From an uncultured delta proteobacterium (lineage in GTDB: Bacteria > Myxococcota_A > Polyangia > Polyangiales > Polyangiaceae): DNA of 64,000 nt. The first letter of the stretch is position 1. Each line of letters starts with the position of its first letter. Below are positions 31,267 through 39,834 of the stretch, piece by piece. Under the pieces are notes generated by a model. The model made no database searches, was not told the DNA's origin, and saw only the letters and a program-made list of their open reading frames with translations. Position numbers and translations under genes: made by a program. The DNA lies in NCBI GenBank assembly GCA_963716725.1, contig CAVQUB010000001.1:128001-192000 (forward strand), written 5' to 3'.

Positions 31267-31854
31267 ATGCGACCGCTGCTGTCATGTGCGTTTCTGGCGA
31301 TCCTTCTGCCTGCGCTCCACCTCTCGTCGTGCGCTGAAGAGACGAACGAGACGAACGACTCCGGTGTCCACCCGGTCGTTTGCACGGAGCTCGACGAGGC
31401 GGCCTGCGTTGGTGCTCCGGCCTGTGCGTGGCGACCAGACGGCTGCCACCCCACCGACGCCGGAATTTCTGACGCCGCAGCGGAGTGCGGCGCCGACACC
31501 TGCCCCCCGGACGCGTGCGGATGGGTGCTCGCCGACGGCCAGTTGATCTGCATCTCGAAGCCGGACTGCACCGGGCTCGACGAGGCGACCTGCTCGGCGA
31601 CCGTGGGCTGCGTCGCCGTCAAGGGACGCCTCGCCACCGATCCACCCGGGACGATGAAGTACGTTGGATGCGGTGATGGCACCGGAACGCCGGGAGCCCT
31701 GATTACATGCACTGCACCTGGCCCGGAGGGACCCTGCTGGGTCATCCAGGTCACCTGGGTGCCCGCGGGATGGCCGAAATGGGCCTGCGGTGACCACCCG
31801 ACAACCACCGAGGAGTGCATGCAGCAGGCCCCATTCGACGCAGGCTCGGACTGA
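31267..31854 (+). CDS. Cys-rich lipoprotein
   Basis: RBS GAGGAGG; LSSC lipobox; repeated CT(E/G)LDEA(A/T)C. Confidence 0.72.
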   Translation: MRPLLSCAFLAILLPALHLSSCAEETNETNDSGVHPVVCTELDEAACVGAPACAWRPDGCHPTDAGISDAAAECGADTCPPDACGWVLADGQLICISKPDCTGLDEATCSATVGCVAVKGRLATDPPGTMKYVGCGDGTGTPGALITCTAPGPEGPCWVIQVTWVPAGWPKWACGDHPTTTEECMQQAPFDAGSD

Positions 31855-31902
31855 AGCCCCCCGTTTCTCCCGGCGCGCCCCCTCGACCGGCTCACCCCAG
31901 CC

Positions 31903-32387
31903 CAGCTACGGCGCTGAACATTCTGTAGCCATCACGATACAATCGCGCGAGGCGAAAACCTTCGCTTTTTTCCGACTCTACGCGCGCCGATACTGACGCG
32001 CCCGTGCGTGCTCTTCACGACATGAGCAGCCGCTCCGGCCGCGCCTACGACCACCGGATCAAGGAGCAACTCGTACGGACCCGAAACTCGGACCTGTTCC
32101 CGGAGCTCGGCATCCCGCGATCGACAGCGGAGCGCGGCGGGGCTCAGCCCTTCGCCCCCATCAACCTCGCCGCCTCGATCGCTCCATACGTATTGTCCTG
32201 CCTCCCCTCGCGTCGCTTCGCTCCGCGGTCCCCTCCAAGCCCGGTGCGCGCGAGCGGAGGCGCCTTGCCAAGATCACCAGCGCCGTTTCGATGCTCGCGC
32301 GCACGCGGGCGCACGCGGGCGGAGGGGACGCGTCGTTCCGATCTCGGCGCCTGGTCGTGACTCGGGAGCAGGGGAGGCTCCGCGCTC
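31903..32387. repeat. Composite repeat: IS family C left end + 49-bp hemB 3' copy (32144-32192) + hairpin D-E
   Basis: Direct repeat of 28332-28752; segment E is shared with 34780-34830. Confidence 0.9.
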
Positions 32388-32395
32388 CCTCGTCA

Positions 32396-32551
32396 GGGAC
32401 TTGCCCCTCCGGGCACTTCCCAGGGTCGTCCCAGGGTCGTCGGTAGGTCGCGTCGTCGAGCTTCCGAGGGTCGGCGGATTGCACCACCGATACACGAGGC
32501 TCGCTGCTTGATTACGATTCTGCCGGCGAAGTTGGGTTTTCACCACCCACA
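32396..32551 (+). mobile_element. IS family A right-end remnant with REP-like insert
   Basis: Matches 20167-20309; ends GGGTTTTCACCACCCACA. Confidence 0.8.
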
Positions 32552-32767
32552 GCCAGAACTTCGACGTGATCAGGACGGAATCCCATGGTTGGCTGGCGTC
32601 GCAGCATCGGACGAATCGCGATGTGCCGCGTTGACCCGAACGCGTGCGCCTACACTGGTCAGGTGGCAACGGACACTAATCTCTTCGCCAGGCTGCCCGC
32701 GGCGTGAACATGACGCTTCTTCCAAACGGATGGGTCAGGTAGCCATGACAGGAAATTGCCAATGCCG

Positions 32768-33421
32768 CTAGTCCGGCGCGGCGGCGCGGCGAAGGCGGCG
32801 TACTAGGTCGGCGATGTAGCTGCGGAGCTCTCCGGCTTCGACGTTTGCGGGCAAGGAGACGCCATCCGGGATCTCAACCTGCGACAGCAACCATGCGAGC
32901 GTCGCTGGCGTGCAACCGCCGTCTTTGTCGAGCGCGGCCGACAGCGCATTTTCCACTCGGTATCCGGCGCGTTCGAGCAACATGACATCAATGACGTCGC
33001 GCTCTTCCGCGCGACTGACCAGTGTGTTCAGCTTGTTGGCTAAGATCTCCTCAGGAGGGTCGACCAGCACGCCATCGTGATCCGGTTTGTCCGCGCAGAG
33101 CTGCTTGACGCGCTCCAGCACCAAGTCGACCAGCAGCGTTTCGCCGCTTCGGGAAACGCCGTAGCGACGAAAGCCTGGTGCGTCCTGGAGGATTTCCAAT
33201 TCGGCGGCTAGCGACTCCGCTAGGTCCGCCATCACGTGGCGTCCGCGCTCGAACGCGATCGGATCCATGGTGAACAGGTCCAGGTCCGTTGTGGTTCTGT
33301 GCCGCAAATGAAAACCGGCCAACGCCCCGCCACCAGTGAGAAAGAAGCCGCGCTCACGTTCGAAGAACGCCCCGAGCACCTCGCCCTGCAGGGGGCTCAG
33401 TAGGCCGAGCTCTTTTTTCAC
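32768..33421 (-). CDS. AbiEii/AbiGii-family nucleotidyltransferase toxin
   Basis: FLTGGGALAGFHLRHRTTTDLDLF; ANKL...RAEERDVID. Confidence 0.85.
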   Translation of the reverse strand: MKKELGLLSPLQGEVLGAFFERERGFFLTGGGALAGFHLRHRTTTDLDLFTMDPIAFERGRHVMADLAESLAAELEILQDAPGFRRYGVSRSGETLLVDLVLERVKQLCADKPDHDGVLVDPPEEILANKLNTLVSRAEERDVIDVMLLERAGYRVENALSAALDKDGGCTPATLAWLLSQVEIPDGVSLPANVEAGELRSYIADLVRRLRRAAAPD

Positions 33422-33451
33422 TCCGAATTCAACCTCGGCATCGGTCGGCGC

Positions 33452-33748
33452 TCATGCCGCGATGATGCCGTCCTCGCGCCAACCGTTTATGAGAAACTCC
33501 CAGAACGCGCGGCGGCGACCGAGCGTTCGACCAAGGGCAGGCAGCTCACGCGCAACCTCTTCGGGAGTTGTGAACAGCCACACGTCGATATCCCGAGCCT
33601 CCCGCAGCATCTTGCCCAACAGACGGAGGCGCTCCCGCTCGTCATCGCCGCTGAGCTTGGCGCGCAACTCGTCGATGGAGACGTCCTCGTCCCAAAGGAA
33701 ATACGGGCGCTTGTCCCCTTTGGAAAAGTCCGTCGTGAGCGGGCGCAT
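33452..33748 (-). CDS. Putative antitoxin upstream of the AbiEii-like toxin
   Basis: ~98 aa, PYFLWDED...LREAR..DVWLF...RAFWEFL; co-oriented and 30 bp upstream of the toxin. Confidence 0.7.
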   Translation of the reverse strand: MRPLTTDFSKGDKRPYFLWDEDVSIDELRAKLSGDDERERLRLLGKMLREARDIDVWLFTTPEEVARELPALGRTLGRRRAFWEFLINGWREDGIIAA

Positions 33749-33992
33749 GCGTTTCAAAGCTTATCACGCACCTCGTAGCTGGACGAGGTTTTCCCGTGGC
33801 ACTGCCATCGCCCTGGTCGCCCGGCGGTTTGTCCGTGCAAGCGATGAACACGATCGAGTCCTTCTTGGGCGTGTCACTGCCGACGAAGCGCAGGTTGCGC
33901 TGAGGGTGGCAGTCCTTCACCAACTCCGGATTGCCCTCCACGACCGCACACGTCGGTCGACGTGCTGCCGTCCGGGTTCCGTGTGATCCTCC

Positions 33993-34236
33993 TGTGGTGG
34001 CTACTTCGCACATCCGCGACATGATCGCGCCGAAAGCGGCCGAGAACAAGACTTGAAGATGTCGTGGGCGTGACCGACAACTCGAGCGTGGTCACGCTGC
34101 TCATCGAACGGATCCGCGGCGCCGTGGCCGGGCTGCTCGCCCGAGGTCGGGCGGTCGCGCGGGAAGCGGCGCGACCCAGGCCAGTGCTGATCGGCCTGGC
34201 GGTCGATGCGTTCCGATCACGCGAGGAGCTTTTGGT
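33993..34236 (+). mobile_element. IS family B left end with transposase N-terminal remnant
   Basis: TGTGGTGGCTACTTCGCACATCCG; ...DAFRSREELL. Confidence 0.65.
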
Positions 34237-34264
34237 CGACGACCCTGGGAAGTCCCACCCCTTC

Positions 34265-34375
34265 GGCTCATGATTGATCGGATCTCGTGAGGGACGGGGC
34301 TACCAGAAGCTCCTCGACTACGAGATCGGCTTCCGAGCTGCCCGGTCCCAGATGGGATCCGATCAATCATGAGCC
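34265..34375. mobile_element. 111-bp MITE
   Basis: Perfect 20-bp TIR GGCTCATGATTGATCGGATC / GATCCGATCAATCATGAGCC, flanked by CTTC on both sides. Confidence 0.8.
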
Positions 34376-34445
34376 CTTCGGGTATCGCGAAGCGCGTCTC
34401 ACAGCGCGCATCATCGCACGGCGAGGGCTGGCAGCGCGTTGAGTC

Positions 34446-34830
34446 TCGATGCCGTTCGGTCTTCCCCGGCGCCGCGTCCGGGCTGTGCCCGGGTGGCGCA
34501 CGGGTCGCGCCAGGCGCGTCGGAACGGTGAAGCATCAAGCTAGTTTTGGGAGAACTGCCCATCGCGCTCCGTCGCGCTCCGCGCCTGTCACGCCCCCTGC
34601 GCCGTGATCGGGCAAAGCCCGGACGCGACGCCGGGGGGCCAGGAGTGGTGCTGCCTCCCCTCGTCTCGCTTCGCTCGCCGGTCCCCTCCAAGCCCGGTGC
34701 GCGCGAGCGGGTGGCGCCTTGCCAAGACCCCACACGCCTTGCCGATGATCGCGCGCACGCGGGCGGAGGGGACGCGCCGTTCCGATCTCGGCGCCTGGTC
34801 GTGACTCGGGAGCAGGGGAGGCTCCGCGCT
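34446..34830. repeat. Hairpin element segments B-C-D-E
   Basis: 34446-34613 matches 46084-46251; the remainder matches the 11618 and 32199 copies. Confidence 0.82.
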
Positions 34831-35053
34831 CGAGGCCACTCACTTCGATGACGGCATCGTGAGCTTCCGAGCCGAAGGCACGGCGTGGTCACAGCTCTCC
34901 CGACGAGTTTGGGTTTTCGCCACCCATAGGAACTGCGCTCGCGCTCGTGGCCTCCGCGCAGGCCCTCCGACGTCGGTGGTGGCGGTGGGGGGATTTGCAC
35001 CCCGGTGCCTTCTGGCACAGAGTGGCTCCGGCCGAACGATGGGGAGGGCGAAG

Positions 35054-35746
35054 ATGTCAGGAAGCATGCTTCGTCACACGGTGGTCATCGCGGTAGCAAC
35101 GATCGCGGCGAGTCTCTCTGGTTGCTCGTGCGACGACGAAAGCGGCGCGACGAAGAAGCAGCAGCCACCGGCATGCAGCGCCCACCCGTCGAATCCCGCA
35201 TGCTTTCAGTGCGCTCAGAGCGCCTCGGGTGAGTGCGACTGCTTCTACCCCGACTATACGAGCTGCGCGGGCAGCTTGCCGCCCGATCCCGCGCCGCTCG
35301 GACGGCAGGTGAGCTTTCTCTCGACGGGGAAACCCTCGATCCAGGCGGATGCGACCGGAACCAGCGTGAGCTCGAAGCTCGACGCGGTGCGCGTGAGCGT
35401 GATCGCTGGGACGGTCAACGGCCCAACCGGAAAGGCCGCGAAGCTCAGCGGCCTCCCCGGTGCGACGGTCAAGGTCGTCAGCGATCCGAGCCTCGGCCAA
35501 GTCCAGACCGAGTGGGGAAGCCCCGATGCCTCGGTGACACCAACGGGTCGCTTTTTCATAGCGGTGAATGCCGGGGTCCCCGTGCGCCTGCGCTTCGAGA
35601 AGGCTGGGTTTCTGAGCGCCGAGCGGGTGGTCGATCCCGTGGCGGGCCAGTACGTGAAGCTGGATCCAGTAGAGCTCGTTCGACTCGACTCCGAGACGTC
35701 GGTCACGCCCGGGGCCGCGACCTGGACGGTCGTGTCGGGCCTCGAG
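35054..35746 (+). pseudogene. Teneurin-like (TLP/RHS) lipoprotein N-terminus, truncated by the transposon
   Basis: LSGC lipobox; VSVIAGTV...LPGATVKV...GRFFIAVNAG...LRFEKAGFLSAER resembles the teneurin carboxypeptidase-like/FN-plug region. Confidence 0.62.
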
Positions 35747-35922
35747 TGTAGTTTCCCACGCTCTTCCCCCGCCTGAATCCCGGGCATTTTCGTGATGCCC
35801 TCGGGGTGGTTTCCCGGAGTGCGGTGGTCGAGTGGGCGTGGCGAGGTGGTGGCAGAAAGAGAGCGGCCCGACGGAGACGTGGATCTCCGCCGGGCCTTGT
35901 GGACCGTCGCCGGGCGCTGGGC

Positions 35923-36720
35923 TCAGGTGACTTCGGCCATGGCGGACTGGATGTGCTCGGTCGTGACGGTCCTGCTCTTGGTGAGCGCGGCGGCCATGAG
36001 CGCGTGGTGAGCGAGCAGGTTCACCTTCCGGGGCAGGCCGTTCGACGCCTGGAAGATCGCCTCCTGGGTTGCGGGCTCGAAGAGTTCGAGCTCGGTTCCG
36101 GCGAGTCGGAGCAGGTGCGTGAGGTACGGGCCGAGCTCGTCACGGGCAAGACCCGGGACGTGAGCGCGCACGACGACGCGCTGCGAGAGTGCCTCGTGCA
36201 CCGCCATGCCGAGGCGGCGGCGCAGTTCCGGGTGTCCGACGAGGACCAGGCAGAGGCGGTTGTCGGAGTCCATCGCGTAGTTGGTGAGCAGGCGCAGGTC
36301 CTCGAGCACGTCGCTCCTGAGGTGATGAGCTTCGTCCACGATCAGGATCGGTTTCTGCCGGGCCTCGCTGCAGAGCCGCGTCACCTCGGTCCGGATCTGC
36401 CGGAACAGTGCGGCGCGGTTGCGCTCGGTGGGTAGGCCGATCTCCCAGGCGATGGTCTTGTAGAGATCCATCACGTTGCCGGTGGTGAGCGACACGTAGA
36501 GGACGCGGTGCAGACCCGTGTGGAGACCGGCGACGATCTTCCGACACGCGGTGGTCTTGCCGCTGCCGCTCTCACCGGTGACCACACCGATGCCGCGCAA
36601 GTCGAGGAGATGGGCGAGCCGGGCGTCGAGTTCTCGGAGCGCACCGGAGGCGAAGAGCTCGTCGGGCTCGATGTTTTTGGCGAAGGGGTGGCGGGTGAGG
36701 CCGAAGTGCTTGCGGTACAT
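35923..36720 (-). CDS. ExeA-family AAA ATPase
   Basis: Protein identical to 3426..4223. Confidence 0.92.
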   Translation of the reverse strand: MYRKHFGLTRHPFAKNIEPDELFASGALRELDARLAHLLDLRGIGVVTGESGSGKTTACRKIVAGLHTGLHRVLYVSLTTGNVMDLYKTIAWEIGLPTERNRAALFRQIRTEVTRLCSEARQKPILIVDEAHHLRSDVLEDLRLLTNYAMDSDNRLCLVLVGHPELRRRLGMAVHEALSQRVVVRAHVPGLARDELGPYLTHLLRLAGTELELFEPATQEAIFQASNGLPRKVNLLAHHALMAAALTKSRTVTTEHIQSAMAEVT

Positions 36721-38123
36721 CAGAGGAGGTCCCCCTCGTCGTCGCCAGCGCCGCCCTGCTGGTTGTCCCCGACATCGAAGTCGAAGTCGCTCAAGCGCAT
36801 GCCGGGGGGCGGCTCGTCCACGGGCTGAGATGGATGCAGGGCCTTCGTCGTGTGATCGCGTCGGACGAAACAGTTGGCGTAGACGTCGACACGGCGAGCG
36901 ATCTGGATCTGCTTTCCGCGATGCCAGACCTGGACGGCACGTGTCTCTCGCGGACGCGCCGGATCGAAGCGAAGGACGACGGTCTCGCCGACGAGCATCG
37001 CGTCCACTTCGTAGGCCACGCTGTCGAGCGACACGGTGCGGTCGGCCTGCACACGGCGCTTCTGCTCGAAGAGAAACAGATCGGCGAGGTCGCTCGACGA
37101 CTGGCGCACCTCGTCTGAGCGCATCGCCCAGCGATCCGCGGGCGTCTCACCGTCGAGTCCGCGGTGGGGACTCCGATGATACTCACCCTCGACCCACGCC
37201 CAGAGACGGCGGTTGAGTGCTTCGAGACTCCGCCTGTCCTCGGGCTGGAGCGTCGGCAGGAGCTGAAGACGCACGGTCCGAAACCACCGCTCCATCTTTC
37301 CTTTTCCCTGGGGCGTGTAGGGACGCGCGTGGATCAAGGTGATGCCGAGCTTCGCGCACACGAGCGCCAGGTGCTGTGCTTTGAAGGCGGCACCGTTGTC
37401 GACGTAAAGCCGCTTGGGGATCCCGCGGCGGCAGATCCCTTGCTCGAGCACGCTGAGAAGGGTCGCGGCGTTCTCGCTGAGCGCGAAGGCCGCATACGGC
37501 ACCATCCGTGTCGCGTCGTCGATGACGGCGAGCAGGTACGTCTTCCGCTGCCGCCCGGACACGGCGACGGCGGGGCCGTGCATCACGTCGCTCATCCACA
37601 GTTCGCCCGCCTTCTCGAAGGCGAAGCGTCGGCGGTCCTTCGCCGTCGGCTCGCCCTGCTTCTTCTGCATGAGTCCGGCCCGAGACAAGATCCGGTGCAC
37701 CGTCGATGGCGCAAGCGTGACCCCCTCCGGGATCTTCGCGAAGCGCGTCACGTGCGCGATGACGAGTCCGACGCTGAAGTCCGCGTGCTGCTCTTTCGTC
37801 TCGCAGAGCAGATCCGCGATCTCCCGGGGAATGGCGCGAGCCGAGCCCTCGTCCCGTCGGATCTTCGGGACAAGGGCGTCGAAGCCGCCGCGTCGGTAGT
37901 CCGCAAGCCATCCGCGGATCGTTTCGGCCTGGACCTTCCGCCGGAGCGTTCCGGGGATCTCCCAGTCCTTCTCCGCCTTCTCGCGCAGCTTCGCGTACAT
38001 GCCGCGCGCACCGCGCTCGAGGTGGAGCAGATCTGCGATCACGCCATAACGGAACAGCGCGATCTGCTTTCTGCGCTCGGCGTCAGCGAGCGTGCGTTCG
38101 TTTTCGGGGGTCGGTGTCCTCAT
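36720..38123 (-). CDS. DDE transposase
   Basis: Protein identical to copy 1. Confidence 0.93.
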   Translation of the reverse strand: MRTPTPENERTLADAERRKQIALFRYGVIADLLHLERGARGMYAKLREKAEKDWEIPGTLRRKVQAETIRGWLADYRRGGFDALVPKIRRDEGSARAIPREIADLLCETKEQHADFSVGLVIAHVTRFAKIPEGVTLAPSTVHRILSRAGLMQKKQGEPTAKDRRRFAFEKAGELWMSDVMHGPAVAVSGRQRKTYLLAVIDDATRMVPYAAFALSENAATLLSVLEQGICRRGIPKRLYVDNGAAFKAQHLALVCAKLGITLIHARPYTPQGKGKMERWFRTVRLQLLPTLQPEDRRSLEALNRRLWAWVEGEYHRSPHRGLDGETPADRWAMRSDEVRQSSSDLADLFLFEQKRRVQADRTVSLDSVAYEVDAMLVGETVVLRFDPARPRETRAVQVWHRGKQIQIARRVDVYANCFVRRDHTTKALHPSQPVDEPPPGMRLSDFDFDVGDNQQGGAGDDEGDLL

Positions 38124-38174
38124 CGGAGTTCTCTTTCGGTGTCGGCCCGGGTCCGTCCCGGGCACACCAACCCG

Positions 38175-38852
38175 CTATCGGTCCCGCCGAGGAGGGTCCG
38201 GCCCCGTTTCGTGTGGGGTCGGCTCTCGCGATGCTTGCCGCGCTCGCCCTCGCGCCCGCAGTCCGACCGGCGCTGGCATGGCGGCCAGGTGAATGGCCGC
38301 GGCCGACCGCAGCGCCACGAGCGCATCCGACACCCCGAGTCGTTGCCGCACCGCGCCGAGCGTCGCCGGGCAGCCCGTGAGCGCCGGCACCAGCGTCACT
38401 GCCGCCACGAGCGCCGCGTGGACAGCAACACGCCGCCGCCGGAGCCACCGCAGCGCGCTTGGAAGCGTCACCGCGTCCGCTGCGATCGCGGGGCGCACCT
38501 TCTCGGCGACCGCCTCCAGACTCTTGGCGCTCTCGGCCACCTCGACGGCCCGCTCGACCTCCTCGAGCGTGCCCGACAGTCGGGAAGCCAGAAAATCAGG
38601 CAAAAGGCTGATAGTCACCCGAGCCCGCGGGCACCAGAACCGGGCGACGCGGACGCCGACGGGGCGGACCCGACCGTAGCTCCCGCGCCCCGCGAGACCG
38701 CAGCCGCCCTCCGGGTGCAGCGGGCACCGCTCCAAACTTGCGGCCCGCCACGCCTGCTCGGTAACGTACCGCTCGCTGGTGAGGGTCGTCTCGTAACGGA
38801 CAACCAATCCTTCGCTGGCCGGGTCCGTGCGGGTGCTACCGCGACGGACCAA
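38175..38852 (-). CDS. Transposon accessory protein (DUF6431-like)
   Basis: Differs from copy 1 at H>R (GHGSY/GRGSY) and G>S. Confidence 0.65.
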   Translation of the reverse strand: MVRRGSTRTDPASEGLVVRYETTLTSERYVTEQAWRAASLERCPLHPEGGCGLAGRGSYGRVRPVGVRVARFWCPRARVTISLLPDFLASRLSGTLEEVERAVEVAESAKSLEAVAEKVRPAIAADAVTLPSALRWLRRRRVAVHAALVAAVTLVPALTGCPATLGAVRQRLGVSDALVALRSAAAIHLAAMPAPVGLRARGRARQASREPTPHETGPDPPRRDR

Positions 38853-39397
38853 CCTTCTCCGGCGATCAGCTTTCCGCGGATCAGCCTCTCAGGAAAAAAG
38901 AACGGCGAAGCTCTCCGGAGTCCGAACCCGGCTCACCCGAAACAACGAGCGCCCAGACCGACACCACGACCGCGGGGGATCACGACGGAGGGTGACGGCC
39001 TACACCCCCCATACCCTCCGACGCGCCCTGCGACCACCTCCCGCGCCGAAATCTCTCCTCGGCGCCGCTGCCCGCTGCGCGCTGCCCGCTGCCGCCCACA
39101 TCCTCCAGGCCACCACCGACGCGGGCTTGTAACACCTACGCGCTCGCTCGGTTGGTCAGCTGTGCCATCGTCACCCCTCCGGTTTCGGTGTTCTGACCTC
39201 TCACCTCTCAGCGGTAAGTTCGGAGCGGGCTCGGGTCAACGCGCGGAATCGACAAATGTCGATCGAGCTCCCTCGCGATGGGCAGCCCGCGACGCCTTCC
39301 GGAAAGGGCTTCGTGCCGCGAGTCGCGGCCCTGCAGGACCCCCACAACCGCTTGCGCGCGTTTCATGCCGGGCGTAGCCTGCATGGGGGAGGGCACA

Positions 39398-39769
39398 ATG
39401 CAGCTATTCCACGTGCTCGTTTTCGACGACGCGCTCGAAGACACGACCTCGGTGTACATCGATCCGAAGTTCAACGCAGATCTTGCTGCGGCCGACAATC
39501 TTCAGATCATGGGTGTCGCGACGCAGATCAGCGGCACGACGCCCACGCTCACCGTCCAGGTCGAGCACTCGCCCGACAATCGACACTTCGCTCCCAAGAG
39601 CCGCACGGCGGAAATCGGTGCTGCCTCCCTCGCTTCACCGCCCGTCCTCGTCAGCGGCACCGACCCTGGGACGGTCCCATCCGGAGGGTTCGTGCGCCTC
39701 CGAATCGCGCTGGGCGGGACTGCTCCAAAAGCGAGACTCCGTCTCTGGGTCACCGGGCGGTCCTTCTAG
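39398..39769 (+). CDS. Small beta-rich hypothetical protein
   Basis: RBS GGGGAGGG before the ATG; TPTLTVQVEHSPD...FVRLRIAL. Confidence 0.65.
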   Translation: MQLFHVLVFDDALEDTTSVYIDPKFNADLAAADNLQIMGVATQISGTTPTLTVQVEHSPDNRHFAPKSRTAEIGAASLASPPVLVSGTDPGTVPSGGFVRLRIALGGTAPKARLRLWVTGRSF

Positions 39770-39834
39770 CCCGGCGGCACCCGCCGTGGCCGAGTCGCGC
39801 GGTGGATGCGTGACCTGATCGGATAGTCGGTCGC

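Larger units (their letters stand above)
35747..39004 (-). mobile_element. 3,258-bp three-gene transposon, copy 2 (inverted)
   Basis: Same length and ends as 1142-4399 with few SNPs; flanks TCGAG and CCCCC do not match, so no TSD. Confidence 0.93.
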
